NCBI GenBank assembly: GCA_963838925.1
Contig: CAWISW010000001.1
Span: forward strand, 1-64,000
Direction: 5' to 3'
Length of the DNA: 64,000 nt
Source: an uncultured Nitrososphaerota archaeon
Lineage (GTDB): Archaea > Thermoproteota > Nitrososphaeria > Nitrososphaerales > Gagatemarchaeaceae
Part shown: piece after piece, positions 28,373 through 37,342 of the stretch
Position numbering within the stretch: the stretch's first letter is position 1
How the letters are laid out: the number at the start of each line of letters is the position of its first letter
The notes under the pieces: generated by a model
Told to the model about the DNA's origin: nothing
Database searches by the model: none
What the model saw: the letters and a program-made list of their open reading frames with translations, nothing else
Program-made: the position numbers and the translations under genes

Positions 28373-29122
28373 TTGAGGCTAAAGGGGAAGGTCGCGGTGG
28401 TCACGGGCTCGAGCACGGGCAACGGCGCCTCCATCGCGCAGTCCTTCGCTCGGGAGGGGGCGGACGTCGTCGTCCACTACAGGAGCTCCGACGCGGAGGC
28501 GAAGAAGGTCGTCGCGGCGATAAGGAAGACTGGGCGCGAGTCAATCTCTGTGAAGGCCGACATCTCAGTACCAGAGGAGACCGCGTCGTTGTTCAAGCAG
28601 GTAAAGCAGAAGTTCGGCAGGGTCGACATCCTGGTGAACAACGCAGGGCTGGCTGACGGGAAGGTCTGGAACGCCCCCATCGGGGAGATCACGAGGGAGA
28701 TGTGGCTCCGCGTCTTCGCCGTCGACGTCTTCGGGGCCTTCGACTGCGCCCAGAGCGCGGTCGAGCTCATGCCTGACGGAGGCGCGATAGTCAACGTCTC
28801 CTCGACGCCCGTCCTGGCCGGCGACACGCAGGGGCTGGTCTACGCCTGCGGTAAGGGGGCTGTCCTCACAATGACAAAGATGCTCGCGAAGTCGCTCGCC
28901 CCCCGGGTCAGGGTGAACTGCATGATACTGGGCTCGATAAAGACGGGGTGGCTGCAGTGGCTCGACAAGCCGACGGTTGACTCCCTTCGGTCTTCGATAC
29001 CAATGGGCAGATTCGGTGACCCTTCGGACGTGGCCAACCTGGCGGTCTTCCTCGCGAGCGAAGAGTCAAGCTACATGACGGGGCAGGGCATCGTCCTCGA
29101 CGGCGGGGAAGTAACAGACTGA
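28373..29122 (+). CDS. Short-chain dehydrogenase/reductase (FabG-like)
   Basis: VTGSSTGNG, NNAG, YACGK catalytic YxxxK. Confidence 0.92.
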   Translation: MRLKGKVAVVTGSSTGNGASIAQSFAREGADVVVHYRSSDAEAKKVVAAIRKTGRESISVKADISVPEETASLFKQVKQKFGRVDILVNNAGLADGKVWNAPIGEITREMWLRVFAVDVFGAFDCAQSAVELMPDGGAIVNVSSTPVLAGDTQGLVYACGKGAVLTMTKMLAKSLAPRVRVNCMILGSIKTGWLQWLDKPTVDSLRSSIPMGRFGDPSDVANLAVFLASEESSYMTGQGIVLDGGEVTD

Positions 29123-29126
29123 CGCC

Positions 29127-29342
29127 CTAGCCGGCCGCCTCGTAGAGCCCGCCCGCCTTGTCCAGCTTCACGAGCGCCGAGGAGACCTCGTCCTCGGCCG
29201 AGACTATGCCGTTCTTGACTACCGTGTCCCAGAGGTCGATGTAGATGTCGAGCGCCTCCTTGATCTGAGGGGGCTTCCCCTTGCGCGTCTCCTTGAGACG
29301 GTCGACGTACTCCTTGACAGACATGTTGGGCTTGCCCGGCAT
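29127..29342 (-). CDS. Small hypothetical protein
   Basis: Host-like codon usage; helical, charged; downstream of the decarboxylase gene. Confidence 0.6.
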   Translation of the reverse strand: MPGKPNMSVKEYVDRLKETRKGKPPQIKEALDIYIDLWDTVVKNGIVSAEDEVSSALVKLDKAGGLYEAAG

Positions 29343-29374
29343 CGAGCTTCGGGCATGATATCCCACGCGAGTAA

Positions 29375-30346
29375 TTAACCGCTGGTGGCGCGGCCTATCC
29401 GAGCCCCTCTGCCCACCCCGGAGAGCACCGTCTTGTACCCCATGTGGGTGATGGCCTTCCTCACCTTGCCCTCGTCCTCCTCGCTGGTGTTGATGAAGAC
29501 CGATGGCCCGGTCTGCATGGAAAAGTACGCCTCCACGCTGTTCGATCGCAGCTCCCTGACCTTGGTGATGATCCTTATCGTGTCTGGGCTCATTATCACC
29601 AGCCTATTCGTTCCCGTCATCGTGATGCTGTGGAGCTCCAGGGTGTCCTGCTCCGTCAGCTCCCCGACCTTGCGCAGGTCTCCTCCCTTTATCGCCCTCT
29701 CCATCTCCTCGCAGCGCCTGGAAGCCGACTCTATCCTCGACTTGAAGAAGGGCGAGCTCTCCACCTCCCGGTGGGCGTCCTCCGTCCTGACCGCCGAGGT
29801 GAGGGGGACGATCACCATCCTGAGTGGAAGGTCCTTCTCGTCAGCGAACTTCTCCGCGTATGTGTCCTCGTAGCCCTTCCCCGCGTAGAGCCTGGAGTAT
29901 CCCCCGACCACGGTCCTCGATGCCGAGCCCGCGAAGAGGCGGGCGACCCTCGACAGCTCTGTGTAGTCGGGCTTGTCCTTGCTGACGGCGTGGAAGAGCG
30001 CGAGCGTCAGGGCCGCCCCCGCCGAGGAGGAGAAGCCGAGCCCCTTCGCGTCGAGGTGGGGGAAGTTGCCCGAGTCAAGGTGAAGCCCGAGGTCCTCGAA
30101 GCTCTTCCCCGTCAGCCTCTTCGAGACGCTCTCGAGGCGCCTTAGGGCGTCCTCGTTCTTCTTCCCCTCGACGAGGAGCTCTCCCTCTCGTCCCGCCTTC
30201 GACTCCCTGACGACCACCTCGCTCCCGAGGGACGTAGTGTTCACGGAGATGCTGTCGTGGTAGGGGATCCTGAGCTTCCAGTCCCTGAGGCCGTGGTACT
30301 TTACCAGGGCCTGCATCGTGTTGGCTGTAGACTTGAAGGGCGTCAA
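29375..30346 (-). CDS. mvaD: GHMP-family mevalonate-pathway decarboxylase, haloarchaeal phosphomevalonate decarboxylase-like
   Basis: LVKYHGLRD...RIPYHDSISV, GLGFSSSAG, SITMTG, YFSMQTGPSVFINT. Confidence 0.82.
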   Translation of the reverse strand: MTPFKSTANTMQALVKYHGLRDWKLRIPYHDSISVNTTSLGSEVVVRESKAGREGELLVEGKKNEDALRRLESVSKRLTGKSFEDLGLHLDSGNFPHLDAKGLGFSSSAGAALTLALFHAVSKDKPDYTELSRVARLFAGSASRTVVGGYSRLYAGKGYEDTYAEKFADEKDLPLRMVIVPLTSAVRTEDAHREVESSPFFKSRIESASRRCEEMERAIKGGDLRKVGELTEQDTLELHSITMTGTNRLVIMSPDTIRIITKVRELRSNSVEAYFSMQTGPSVFINTSEEDEGKVRKAITHMGYKTVLSGVGRGARIGRATSG

Positions 30347-30789
30347 GCGTAGACTTCTATCCTGAGCAAGCCCGCCGCCCCGGGGGATTTCAAAGTTCTC
30401 ACGAGCTCCCTGGGTATGTCCCTGGCGGACGCCCCTGCTCCGATCGCGAGGGTCCGCCCGCAGACGAAGCCGCTCGTCCTGATGACCATGTCCGTCGGGT
30501 TGTCCAGCGGAAGGTCCTTGCTGCCCCTGGCCTCAAAGGCGAACTCCCCTCCGGGCGCGACGATGGTCAGCCTCACCCTCGCGCCGTCCGACCTGAGGGC
30601 CCTCTTCATCGAGGGCGAGAGCATCGCGACGCCCTTCGCGGCCGCGACTCCGACTATGCAGTCTCCCCTCGCGGTGAGGTGGCCTTCGGTGGTGATCTCG
30701 ATCGTCCGCTCGTGCATCGCGCTCACCAGCGCATGGCCGGAGAACGGGATCTCCTCGACTGCGCAGGCCTCCTCTGTAGCTGTTTTCGT
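30343..30789 (-). CDS. DUF371-family protein (start uncertain: GTG 30726 or upstream ACG 30789)
   Basis: EEIPFSGHALVSAMHERTIEITTE.HLT.RGDCIVGV.A; DMVIRTS.FVC.RTL.I.A. Confidence 0.8.
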   Translation of the reverse strand, partial: TKTATEEACAVEEIPFSGHALVSAMHERTIEITTEGHLTARGDCIVGVAAAKGVAMLSPSMKRALRSDGARVRLTIVAPGGEFAFEARGSKDLPLDNPTDMVIRTSGFVCGRTLAIGAGASARDIPRELVRTLKSPGAAGLLRIEVYA

Positions 30790-30831
30790 GCCAGTCGACC
30801 TCTTCTTCCGACCCGGAGTCCTGTCCCCTGA

Positions 30832-31125
30832 TTAATTGTTTGGTTGGGCCTGGGGAGCCTTGGGCTGGGCGGCGACCTCCTGGAGGCCGTTGCAGTGGCC
30901 GCACCTCTCCGTGCCGTCCAACACCGCGGTGCTGCAGAACAGGCAGAAGTGGTAGCCGGGCGGAGGCTCCACGCGCTCGTTGATCTCTTCGAGCAGGAAC
31001 CCCGAGACGAGCACCACAAATCCGCCCGCGGTCAGGGCGAGCCATGCGTCTCCCGCGAGCGCCACGAAGAGGGCCACTCCGGTGGCGGTGATTATCCCCC
31101 CGGAGACGACAAGGCTTGACCGCAT
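30832..31125 (-). CDS. Small membrane protein with a C-terminal zinc ribbon
   Basis: Two TM helices; CLFC...CGHC. Confidence 0.7.
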   Translation of the reverse strand: MRSSLVVSGGIITATGVALFVALAGDAWLALTAGGFVVLVSGFLLEEINERVEPPPGYHFCLFCSTAVLDGTERCGHCNGLQEVAAQPKAPQAQPNN

Positions 31126-31167
31126 AGGATTTCACGCGCGGTCGATGGGTTTATAGATTTTGACGGC

Positions 31168-31431
31168 TTGGCAAGCCTCGGCTTGGTCACGGAGTACGAG
31201 CAGCTTCTCACGGGCATGCTCAAGGAGAGGAGGGAGAAGCTCGAGGCGCTGCAGGCAGGCAAAAAGGGTAACAAGAAGCAGGTCGACGCCCTCCTCTCCG
31301 AGATCAGCTACGTCCAGGGGGAGCTGGATCGCTATCAGACCGGCATGACGCTCTTCAGGACCAAGGAGCTGCCTAAGGTTGGGCGCTGGGGAAAGCCTGA
31401 GGCCGCGCAGCAGGGCGAGGCGTCGCCCTAA
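31168..31431 (+). CDS. Small coiled-coil hypothetical protein
   Basis: Host codon usage; TTTATAGA upstream. Confidence 0.55.
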   Translation: MASLGLVTEYEQLLTGMLKERREKLEALQAGKKGNKKQVDALLSEISYVQGELDRYQTGMTLFRTKELPKVGRWGKPEAAQQGEASP

Positions 31432-31477
31432 TTCTCAAGGGCCTTAAATAACGAAAACCTGGCCGGGAAACGCAAAG

Positions 31478-32203
31478 ATGGAACGCTCGCTCTCAAGCGT
31501 GATGCTCGCCGAGGCCTACGGCACCTTCCTGCTCACCTTCATCGGCGCCACCTCGATAACCGTGGCGAGCGACGCCAACCTCTTCTCAGTCGGCCCTTCG
31601 CTTGGGCTGGGGTTCGTGGGGCTCGCCTCTGGCCTCGCGCTGCTCGCGGGAATAGCGTCAGTGGGCAGCATCTCCGGCGGATACTTCAACCCGGCGATAA
31701 CATTCGCCGCGTTCACAGCCGGGAGGTTCCCGAAGAACAGGGTCCTTCCATGCTTCGTGGCACAGTTCGCGGGAGCCATCCTCGCCGCGGCGGTGGAGCT
31801 CGCGATGGTCGGGATGACCGCGGCCTCGATACCTGGAATCGACCTCGGGAGCAACCTCCCGAACACGGCACTGCCCAACTACCTCTTCGCCGCTGTGCTG
31901 GCAGAGATCGTCGGCACGACCTTCCTGACGATGGCCGTGCTTGGGTCGACTGACCAAGAGTCGTCCAGCATCCCATGGGCGAGCTCGAGCATAGGCCTGG
32001 TCTTGGCTGCCTCGATCTGGGCGCTCGCCTCGATCTCGGGAGCTTCCCTCAACCCGGCCCGGAGCTTCGGACCCGCAATCATCTCCCTGATCTTCAACAT
32101 CGATTCGACGCCGATCTCGTACTACTGGATCTACGTGGTGGGGCCTGTCCTCGGAGGCCTCGTCGCAGCTATGCTCTACAGGCTGATCTACAGGCGGGCA
32201 TAA
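31478..32203 (+). CDS. MIP family channel (aquaporin)
   Basis: SGGYFNPA and SLNPARSFGP NPA motifs; six TMs. Confidence 0.93.
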   Translation: MERSLSSVMLAEAYGTFLLTFIGATSITVASDANLFSVGPSLGLGFVGLASGLALLAGIASVGSISGGYFNPAITFAAFTAGRFPKNRVLPCFVAQFAGAILAAAVELAMVGMTAASIPGIDLGSNLPNTALPNYLFAAVLAEIVGTTFLTMAVLGSTDQESSSIPWASSSIGLVLAASIWALASISGASLNPARSFGPAIISLIFNIDSTPISYYWIYVVGPVLGGLVAAMLYRLIYRRA

Positions 32204-32207
32204 GACG

Positions 32208-32684
32208 ATGAAGTCCCAGCCAAGGCTGAACCGCGAGAGGGCGAAGGAGCTCCTCGGAGAGGTCGACCTGCTCATCTCTCGCGGACTGACCCCCGCGGCC
32301 TTCAGGAAGTCCGTCGTCCAGCTACTCAACCTGGAGCCCACCTACAACTGGGTCGGGCTCTACCTGGTCAAGGGAGCGGAGCTCCGCTTGGACTCTTGGA
32401 GCGGTCCCGCCCCGACCACGCACTCGGCCATCCCGCTGGGGAAGGGGATATGCGGCTTCGCCGCCAAGTCCGGTCGGACCGAGATCGTGTCCGACGTCTC
32501 GAAGGACCCGAGGTACCTGCAGTGCTTCGCAAGCACAAAGTCCGAGATCGTCGTGCCAGTGATGAGCGAAGGCAAGGTGGTCGCAGAGGTCGACATCGAC
32601 GGGGACATCATCAACGCCCACTCCTCCGTGGACAGAGAATTCCTAGAGGCTCTCGCTGCGAAGATAGCAAAGTTCTGCGTCTGA
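32208..32684 (+). CDS. msrC: GAF-domain free methionine-R-sulfoxide reductase-like protein
   Basis: NWVGLY, IPLGKGICG.AA, YLQC...KSEIVVP, DID. Confidence 0.75.
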   Translation: MKSQPRLNRERAKELLGEVDLLISRGLTPAAFRKSVVQLLNLEPTYNWVGLYLVKGAELRLDSWSGPAPTTHSAIPLGKGICGFAAKSGRTEIVSDVSKDPRYLQCFASTKSEIVVPVMSEGKVVAEVDIDGDIINAHSSVDREFLEALAAKIAKFCV

Positions 32685-32693
32685 GCGAACGCG

Positions 32694-34079
32694 CTACTTG
32701 ACCTTCGTCTTGCGCGCATAGAGGAGGAAGGCCACGCCGGACACGATCAGCACTATCGCGAGGATGCGAAACGCGGGCGCGAAACCGCCCGCGAAGGCGA
32801 CCAGCGACCCGGTGACGAGGGAGGCGATGCCGTACCCCACGTGCTCCATCGCGTGGTTCGTGCCCATTATCGCAGCCCGGTTGGAGGGGTGGCTCGCCTC
32901 TGCCAGTATCACTAGCTGGCTGACCCTCACCACGCCTATGGCGAGCCCGAAGGCCACGGCGGCGACCAGGAAGGTGACCAAGGTCGCCGTGAAGAACACG
33001 AGCGTGAGGGCACCCGCCGCGCCTATCAACCCGGCGACGAGGTAGGGCATCCTCCTCGAGTGCCTGTCCTCGTAGTGGCCGAAGGGCACCATGAAGAGCA
33101 CGCCTGTGACGGCCATGATCGACGCGAAGTAGCCCCAGAAGAGAGCGAATATCGGCACCTGCGGCGTGCACGGGGTGGGACCGCACGTCCCCAGCACGTG
33201 CGCGTACAAGGGCACATAGTAGAAGAAAGCCGCGAAGCCTACCGCGCCGACCAGCGTTGTCAGGAGCGCGACGCCGATTATCGGCGTCCGGAACGCGTTG
33301 AGGTAGTCGCCCCAGCTCGCGCTGTGGCTGTGGACGTGGTCTCCCTGCTCTACGGGAAGATCGTGCTCATCGTCGTGGCTCGCGCCTGTCATTCCCATCT
33401 GGCCGGCTCCGGCGGGCGTGAGGCCTAGCCTGATCTCAGGCATGGCCATGACCGCCACGACGGCGGCGATCAACATCAGAAAAGTGGAGAGCTCGAACAC
33501 ATCGGTGCTGCTGTTCGTCAGGAAGACCACCGTGGTTCCTAGCGCGGGCCCGAAGGCGAAGCCCGCAAACTCGGCCCCGTCGACCAGGCCGTACGCCTTG
33601 CCCATCCCCTGATACTTCTCTGCGAGGTCCCCGCCATACGCGAGCGTGCTCGAGGTGTAGGTGCCATGAGCGAGCCCGAGGCCGGTAAGCGATATCGCCG
33701 TCGCTATTGCAAACGGCGCGAGCTGCGTGGCCTCGTTGCCGACTATCAGCGAGATCAGCGCCACCGACCCCAGCATGCACCCGAGGATTGTCATCCTTCG
33801 CCTCCCGTACTTGTCGGCCAGGTGGCCCATGGCGATCGCGACCACCCCTGAGGAGATCAGGAAGGCGCTGGAGACCAGACCTACGAAGAAGTAGCCGAAG
33901 TTGCCCAGCTGGAAGGTGACGGTGAACTTGTTCGAGATGAATGCCAGGACAACGACGAACGACGCGTACTCCGCCATGTAGGTGAGGATGCTCATCGCCC
34001 CCACCGGGCCGAAGATCTTGAGGAAGCTGGGGGGCTTTCGTGGCCGCCTAGGCGCGCGGGATGTCGGTGTCGTCATCAT
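32694..34079 (-). CDS. MFS transporter with a His/Asp-rich central loop
   Basis: GHLADKYGRR motif A; ~12 TMs; loop HDDEHD...DHVHSHS. Confidence 0.9.
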   Translation of the reverse strand: MMTTPTSRAPRRPRKPPSFLKIFGPVGAMSILTYMAEYASFVVVLAFISNKFTVTFQLGNFGYFFVGLVSSAFLISSGVVAIAMGHLADKYGRRRMTILGCMLGSVALISLIVGNEATQLAPFAIATAISLTGLGLAHGTYTSSTLAYGGDLAEKYQGMGKAYGLVDGAEFAGFAFGPALGTTVVFLTNSSTDVFELSTFLMLIAAVVAVMAMPEIRLGLTPAGAGQMGMTGASHDDEHDLPVEQGDHVHSHSASWGDYLNAFRTPIIGVALLTTLVGAVGFAAFFYYVPLYAHVLGTCGPTPCTPQVPIFALFWGYFASIMAVTGVLFMVPFGHYEDRHSRRMPYLVAGLIGAAGALTLVFFTATLVTFLVAAVAFGLAIGVVRVSQLVILAEASHPSNRAAIMGTNHAMEHVGYGIASLVTGSLVAFAGGFAPAFRILAIVLIVSGVAFLLYARKTKVK

Positions 34080-34230
34080 GCCTCACAACTTGGATGAGCC
34101 AGGCCTCGGCCGATTCGCCTAAGGAGAAACAGATGCAAAGCCGGCCTTCTCCACGAATCGGAACGACGGATGACGAATAATAAGCGTTCCTCGAAACCTT
34201 GCGAGCGGCCACACTCGCCTGGGCGTGCCG

Positions 34231-34581
34231 CTACTTGCTCGGGGGAAGCTTGTTGACGAGCTTCATCATCTCGTCGTAGTGTTGCCTGATGATGCTGGCT
34301 CCCTTCTCACCCATCATCGCCTCAGCGTTTGACTTGCACTGACCGATGGCCGTGACGATCCCGTCCTTCGTGGGCTGGTCGAAGCTCGCTCCGCAGCTCT
34401 GGAACGTGCCGGTGACGAACTGCCTCACCTGGGCCTTTAGCGCCTTGTCGTCGGTCGGCTGGTTGAGCACGTTCATGAACTCCCTGTTGGCGTCCTCGAA
34501 GCACTTTAGAAGCTCGTCCCTGACGAGCGTCGGGGTTACCTTGCCCTTGGGCACGTCTGGTGCCTTGTATGTGCCTGCCAT
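34231..34581 (-). CDS. Helical hypothetical protein
   Basis: Host codon usage; TPTLVRDELLKCF, FDQPTK, HYDEMMKL. Confidence 0.7.
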   Translation of the reverse strand: MAGTYKAPDVPKGKVTPTLVRDELLKCFEDANREFMNVLNQPTDDKALKAQVRQFVTGTFQSCGASFDQPTKDGIVTAIGQCKSNAEAMMGEKGASIIRQHYDEMMKLVNKLPPSK

Positions 34582-34681
34582 GGGGGAGCGTCCCCGCGGG
34601 TGTTATTTAGCATGACATCCTAGAATATTCCAAAATGACTCGCGACCGAGCTTGGATATTCGCAAGTTCATCTCTCCCGGA

Positions 34682-34708
34682 TATAACCTAAGTTATAGAT
34701 TTATATAA
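34682..34708 (+). promoter_or_regulatory. Palindromic operator TATAAC-N4-GTTATA plus the TATA box of sufC
   Basis: Perfect inverted repeat at 34682-34697; TTTATATAA at 34700-34708. Confidence 0.6.
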
Positions 34709-34736
34709 TAAAGGCCGACCGCGTATTCTGAAGCAG

Positions 34737-35501
34737 ATGGCCAAGCTCGAGATCCGAGACCTCCACGCCACCGTGGAGGGGACCGAGATACTCAAGGGAG
34801 TTAACCTGACGATAAACCAGGGAGAGATACACGCGCTGATGGGCCCGAACGGCTCGGGCAAGAGCACCCTCGCCAACACCCTCTTGGGGCACCCGAAGTA
34901 CAAGGTGACCAAGGGCGACATCCTCATCGACGGCGAGAGCATACTAGAGCTCTCGCCCGACAAGCGGGCGAAGAAGGGCCTCTTCCTCGCGTTCCAGTAC
35001 CCCGTGGCCGTGCCCGGAGTGACCATGTTCTCGTTCCTCCGCGCCGCCTACAACGCCGTCCACACGGACGAGAAGAACCAGGCGCCGACGATATTCGACT
35101 TCAAGGACACCCTGGCGGAGAAGATGAAGGTCCTCGAGATTGACGAGTCGTTCATGAACCGCTACCTCAACGAGGGCTTCTCGGGCGGCGAGAAGAAGCG
35201 GGCCGAGATCCTACAACTGGCGATGCTGAAGCCTAAGTTCGCGGTCCTCGACGAGACCGACTCCGGTCTGGACATCGACGCGCTGCGCGTTGTCGCCGAG
35301 GGCGTGAGCAAGCTGGCGAACAACGACCTTGGGATTCTCGTGATCACACACTATCAGCGGATCCTAAAGTACATCATGCCAACTTTCGTCCACGTCATGT
35401 ACGAGGGCAAGATCACCGCCTCGGGCGGGCAGGAGCTCTCGCTGAAGCTAGAGGAGAAGGGCTACGGCTGGCTAAAGGAGCAGGCCGGAGTCGTCGCCTA
35501 G
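34737..35501 (+). CDS. sufC: Fe-S cluster assembly ATPase SufC
   Basis: GPNGSGKSTL, FLAFQYP, RYLNEGFSGGEKKR, LDETDSGLDIDAL. Confidence 0.97.
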   Translation: MAKLEIRDLHATVEGTEILKGVNLTINQGEIHALMGPNGSGKSTLANTLLGHPKYKVTKGDILIDGESILELSPDKRAKKGLFLAFQYPVAVPGVTMFSFLRAAYNAVHTDEKNQAPTIFDFKDTLAEKMKVLEIDESFMNRYLNEGFSGGEKKRAEILQLAMLKPKFAVLDETDSGLDIDALRVVAEGVSKLANNDLGILVITHYQRILKYIMPTFVHVMYEGKITASGGQELSLKLEEKGYGWLKEQAGVVA

Positions 35502-35505
35502 CACC

Positions 35506-36498
35506 TCAGATATACTCAGAAGGGTCTACGACGTTCTTGGGGGCTTCTCCCCTAAGGAATCGAGTCAGGTTCTCGACTGCGGCCTTCCCAGGCTCTCCCG
35601 TAAGGGCGGAGCTCCCTCCCGCGACGTGCGGAGTGCCTATGAAATTAGGGAGTTTCAGGAGTGGAAACTTGGACGCGTACGTCTCCTTGCCTCTCTTGAT
35701 CTGCCACACGTCCGTCGCGTAGGTGAACTGCGGGAACTTTACCAGATGGCGGTATAGGGCCTCCTCGTCGACTATCTCCGCTCGCGCGACGTTGACCACG
35801 ATCGCGTCCGTCTTCATTGCCGCGAGTTCGGCGGCCCCAATCAGGCCGAGCGTCAGCTTCGATAGAGGGAGTGCTATCACTACGGCGTCGCTCTTCCGCA
35901 GCACCCGGTGCAAGCCTTCTCCGCCGTGGAACACCTGGACGCCGCCCTCCTTGCTGGGGTGCCTCGAGAAGGCGACGACGTTCATCCCTAGCGCGAGCCC
36001 GAGCGACCCTACCGCCCTCCCTATCCCGCCGTACCCGAGGACGCCCAGCGTCCGTCCCTTGAGGACGACGACCTCGCGGAACAGGTGCCCCCAGTCCGCC
36101 GGGTCGAACTCTTCGGTGCGCAGCGCATAGTCCAGCTTCACCACCCGCTTGGCGGCCGCAAGCAAGAGCGCGACCGCGAACTCCGCCACGCCCGCCGAAA
36201 ACCCGCCCGCGTTGCTGCTCACCGTGACTCGCTTCCCGAGGTGCTTGAACGGGATGTGGTTCACGCCTGCCATTCCGGACTGGATGAAGCGCAGTCGGCT
36301 CATCCTCGAGACCCGCTCCGGAGAGAGGGTGTCAGGCCACCAGGTCTGGACGAACACGCAATCAATCGACGGAAGGAGCCGGTCGAGCTCCTCATCGTCG
36401 AGCTCGTCGAGCATGTAGACGTTCGCATAATGGAGTAGACTGTCAAACCTTCCGGCGACAGCCGAGCTGGTCACAAGCAAGTTCGGCTTCTCGCTCAT
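35506..36498 (-). CDS. D-isomer-specific 2-hydroxyacid dehydrogenase
   Basis: GVLGYGGIG, VNVARAEIVDE, DVW, TPHVAG. Confidence 0.9.
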   Translation of the reverse strand: MSEKPNLLVTSSAVAGRFDSLLHYANVYMLDELDDEELDRLLPSIDCVFVQTWWPDTLSPERVSRMSRLRFIQSGMAGVNHIPFKHLGKRVTVSSNAGGFSAGVAEFAVALLLAAAKRVVKLDYALRTEEFDPADWGHLFREVVVLKGRTLGVLGYGGIGRAVGSLGLALGMNVVAFSRHPSKEGGVQVFHGGEGLHRVLRKSDAVVIALPLSKLTLGLIGAAELAAMKTDAIVVNVARAEIVDEEALYRHLVKFPQFTYATDVWQIKRGKETYASKFPLLKLPNFIGTPHVAGGSSALTGEPGKAAVENLTRFLRGEAPKNVVDPSEYI

Positions 36499-36574
36499 GC
36501 GGATTCGGGCTCGCTTTCGTCCTTGCCTGCTGTAATTAGCCTTTCGAGTGATGACGGCTGCCGTAGAGAACCAT

Positions 36575-36820
36575 TCAACCGCGCCCGCCGAGCCAGCGGT
36601 GCTTGGCCGGGCTCGCCCCGCCCTCGGTCCTCTTCTTGACCTCCATCAGGATTATGGGGGCCCCGTTCCCCAGTATCGTTCTCAGCTTGGCCTCGAACGT
36701 GTCGGGGTTGAGGTCCCCGATGTAGAACAGAATCGCCTTTGCCCCTGAGTCGCCCAGAATCGTCCTCAGAGCCGTCCTGACGGCCAATGAGTACTTCTCG
36801 AGGTCTGGATTTCCTGCCAT
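36575..36820 (-). CDS. Small DUF3227/NitrOD-like helical protein
   Basis: ALRTILGDSGAKAILFY...PDTFEAKLRTILGNGA. Confidence 0.55.
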   Translation of the reverse strand: MAGNPDLEKYSLAVRTALRTILGDSGAKAILFYIGDLNPDTFEAKLRTILGNGAPIILMEVKKRTEGGASPAKHRWLGGRG

Positions 36821-36825
36821 GGGAA

Positions 36826-37140
36826 TCAACCTGCCGTCGCCATTGCCCTCGGGTTCCACGCCTTGTAGAACAGATAGAAGCCCACGAGGAGGAAGATTGT
36901 GGTCAGCGCCTCGAAGCTCTCGGCGACGGCATCGCCACCTGACGAGCTCCCATAGATCGCCTCATAGAAATCGACGATCTGGTTGGCCATGAAGAAGAGC
37001 AGCGAAGTGGCTATCAGCTGCCAGGCCCTCCAGAAGATGCCTCCCTTGAACGTCTTCCTTGTCTCGAACCCAAAGAACCACGTTGCCAGGGCCATCCCCG
37101 CGATCGCCGCGCTGTACGTCGCCAGGAGTGGCTCCACCAT
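36826..37140 (-). CDS. Small 3-TM membrane protein (possible sensory module)
   Basis: Three TMs; FKGGIFWRAW motif; ends 5 nt before the next ORF. Confidence 0.65.
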   Translation of the reverse strand: MVEPLLATYSAAIAGMALATWFFGFETRKTFKGGIFWRAWQLIATSLLFFMANQIVDFYEAIYGSSSGGDAVAESFEALTTIFLLVGFYLFYKAWNPRAMATAG

Positions 37141-37306
37141 TTGGGGTCAACTCACAGCGATTCCGCTCGCTTAAAAGCGTGCCACTTTTCACGAACATGC
37201 CTGCGCAGAATTGCTAGTCCGGAATCGAACTGCCCTCGGCCCTACCGCTCGTCCGTCTCCTGTCGCCTGCGTCGGCCGGAGGGTGTCTATGCCCCAACCC
37301 GAATCG

Positions 37307-37330
37307 TTTTTATACATAACATAGGTAATA
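37307..37330 (+). promoter_or_regulatory. sufB TATA box plus an imperfect copy of the sufC operator (ATAACATAGGTAATA)
   Basis: TTTTTATAC at 37307-37315; 37316-37330 matches 34683-34697 at 12/15 positions. Confidence 0.5.
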
Positions 37331-37342
37331 TCAAACTGCTTC

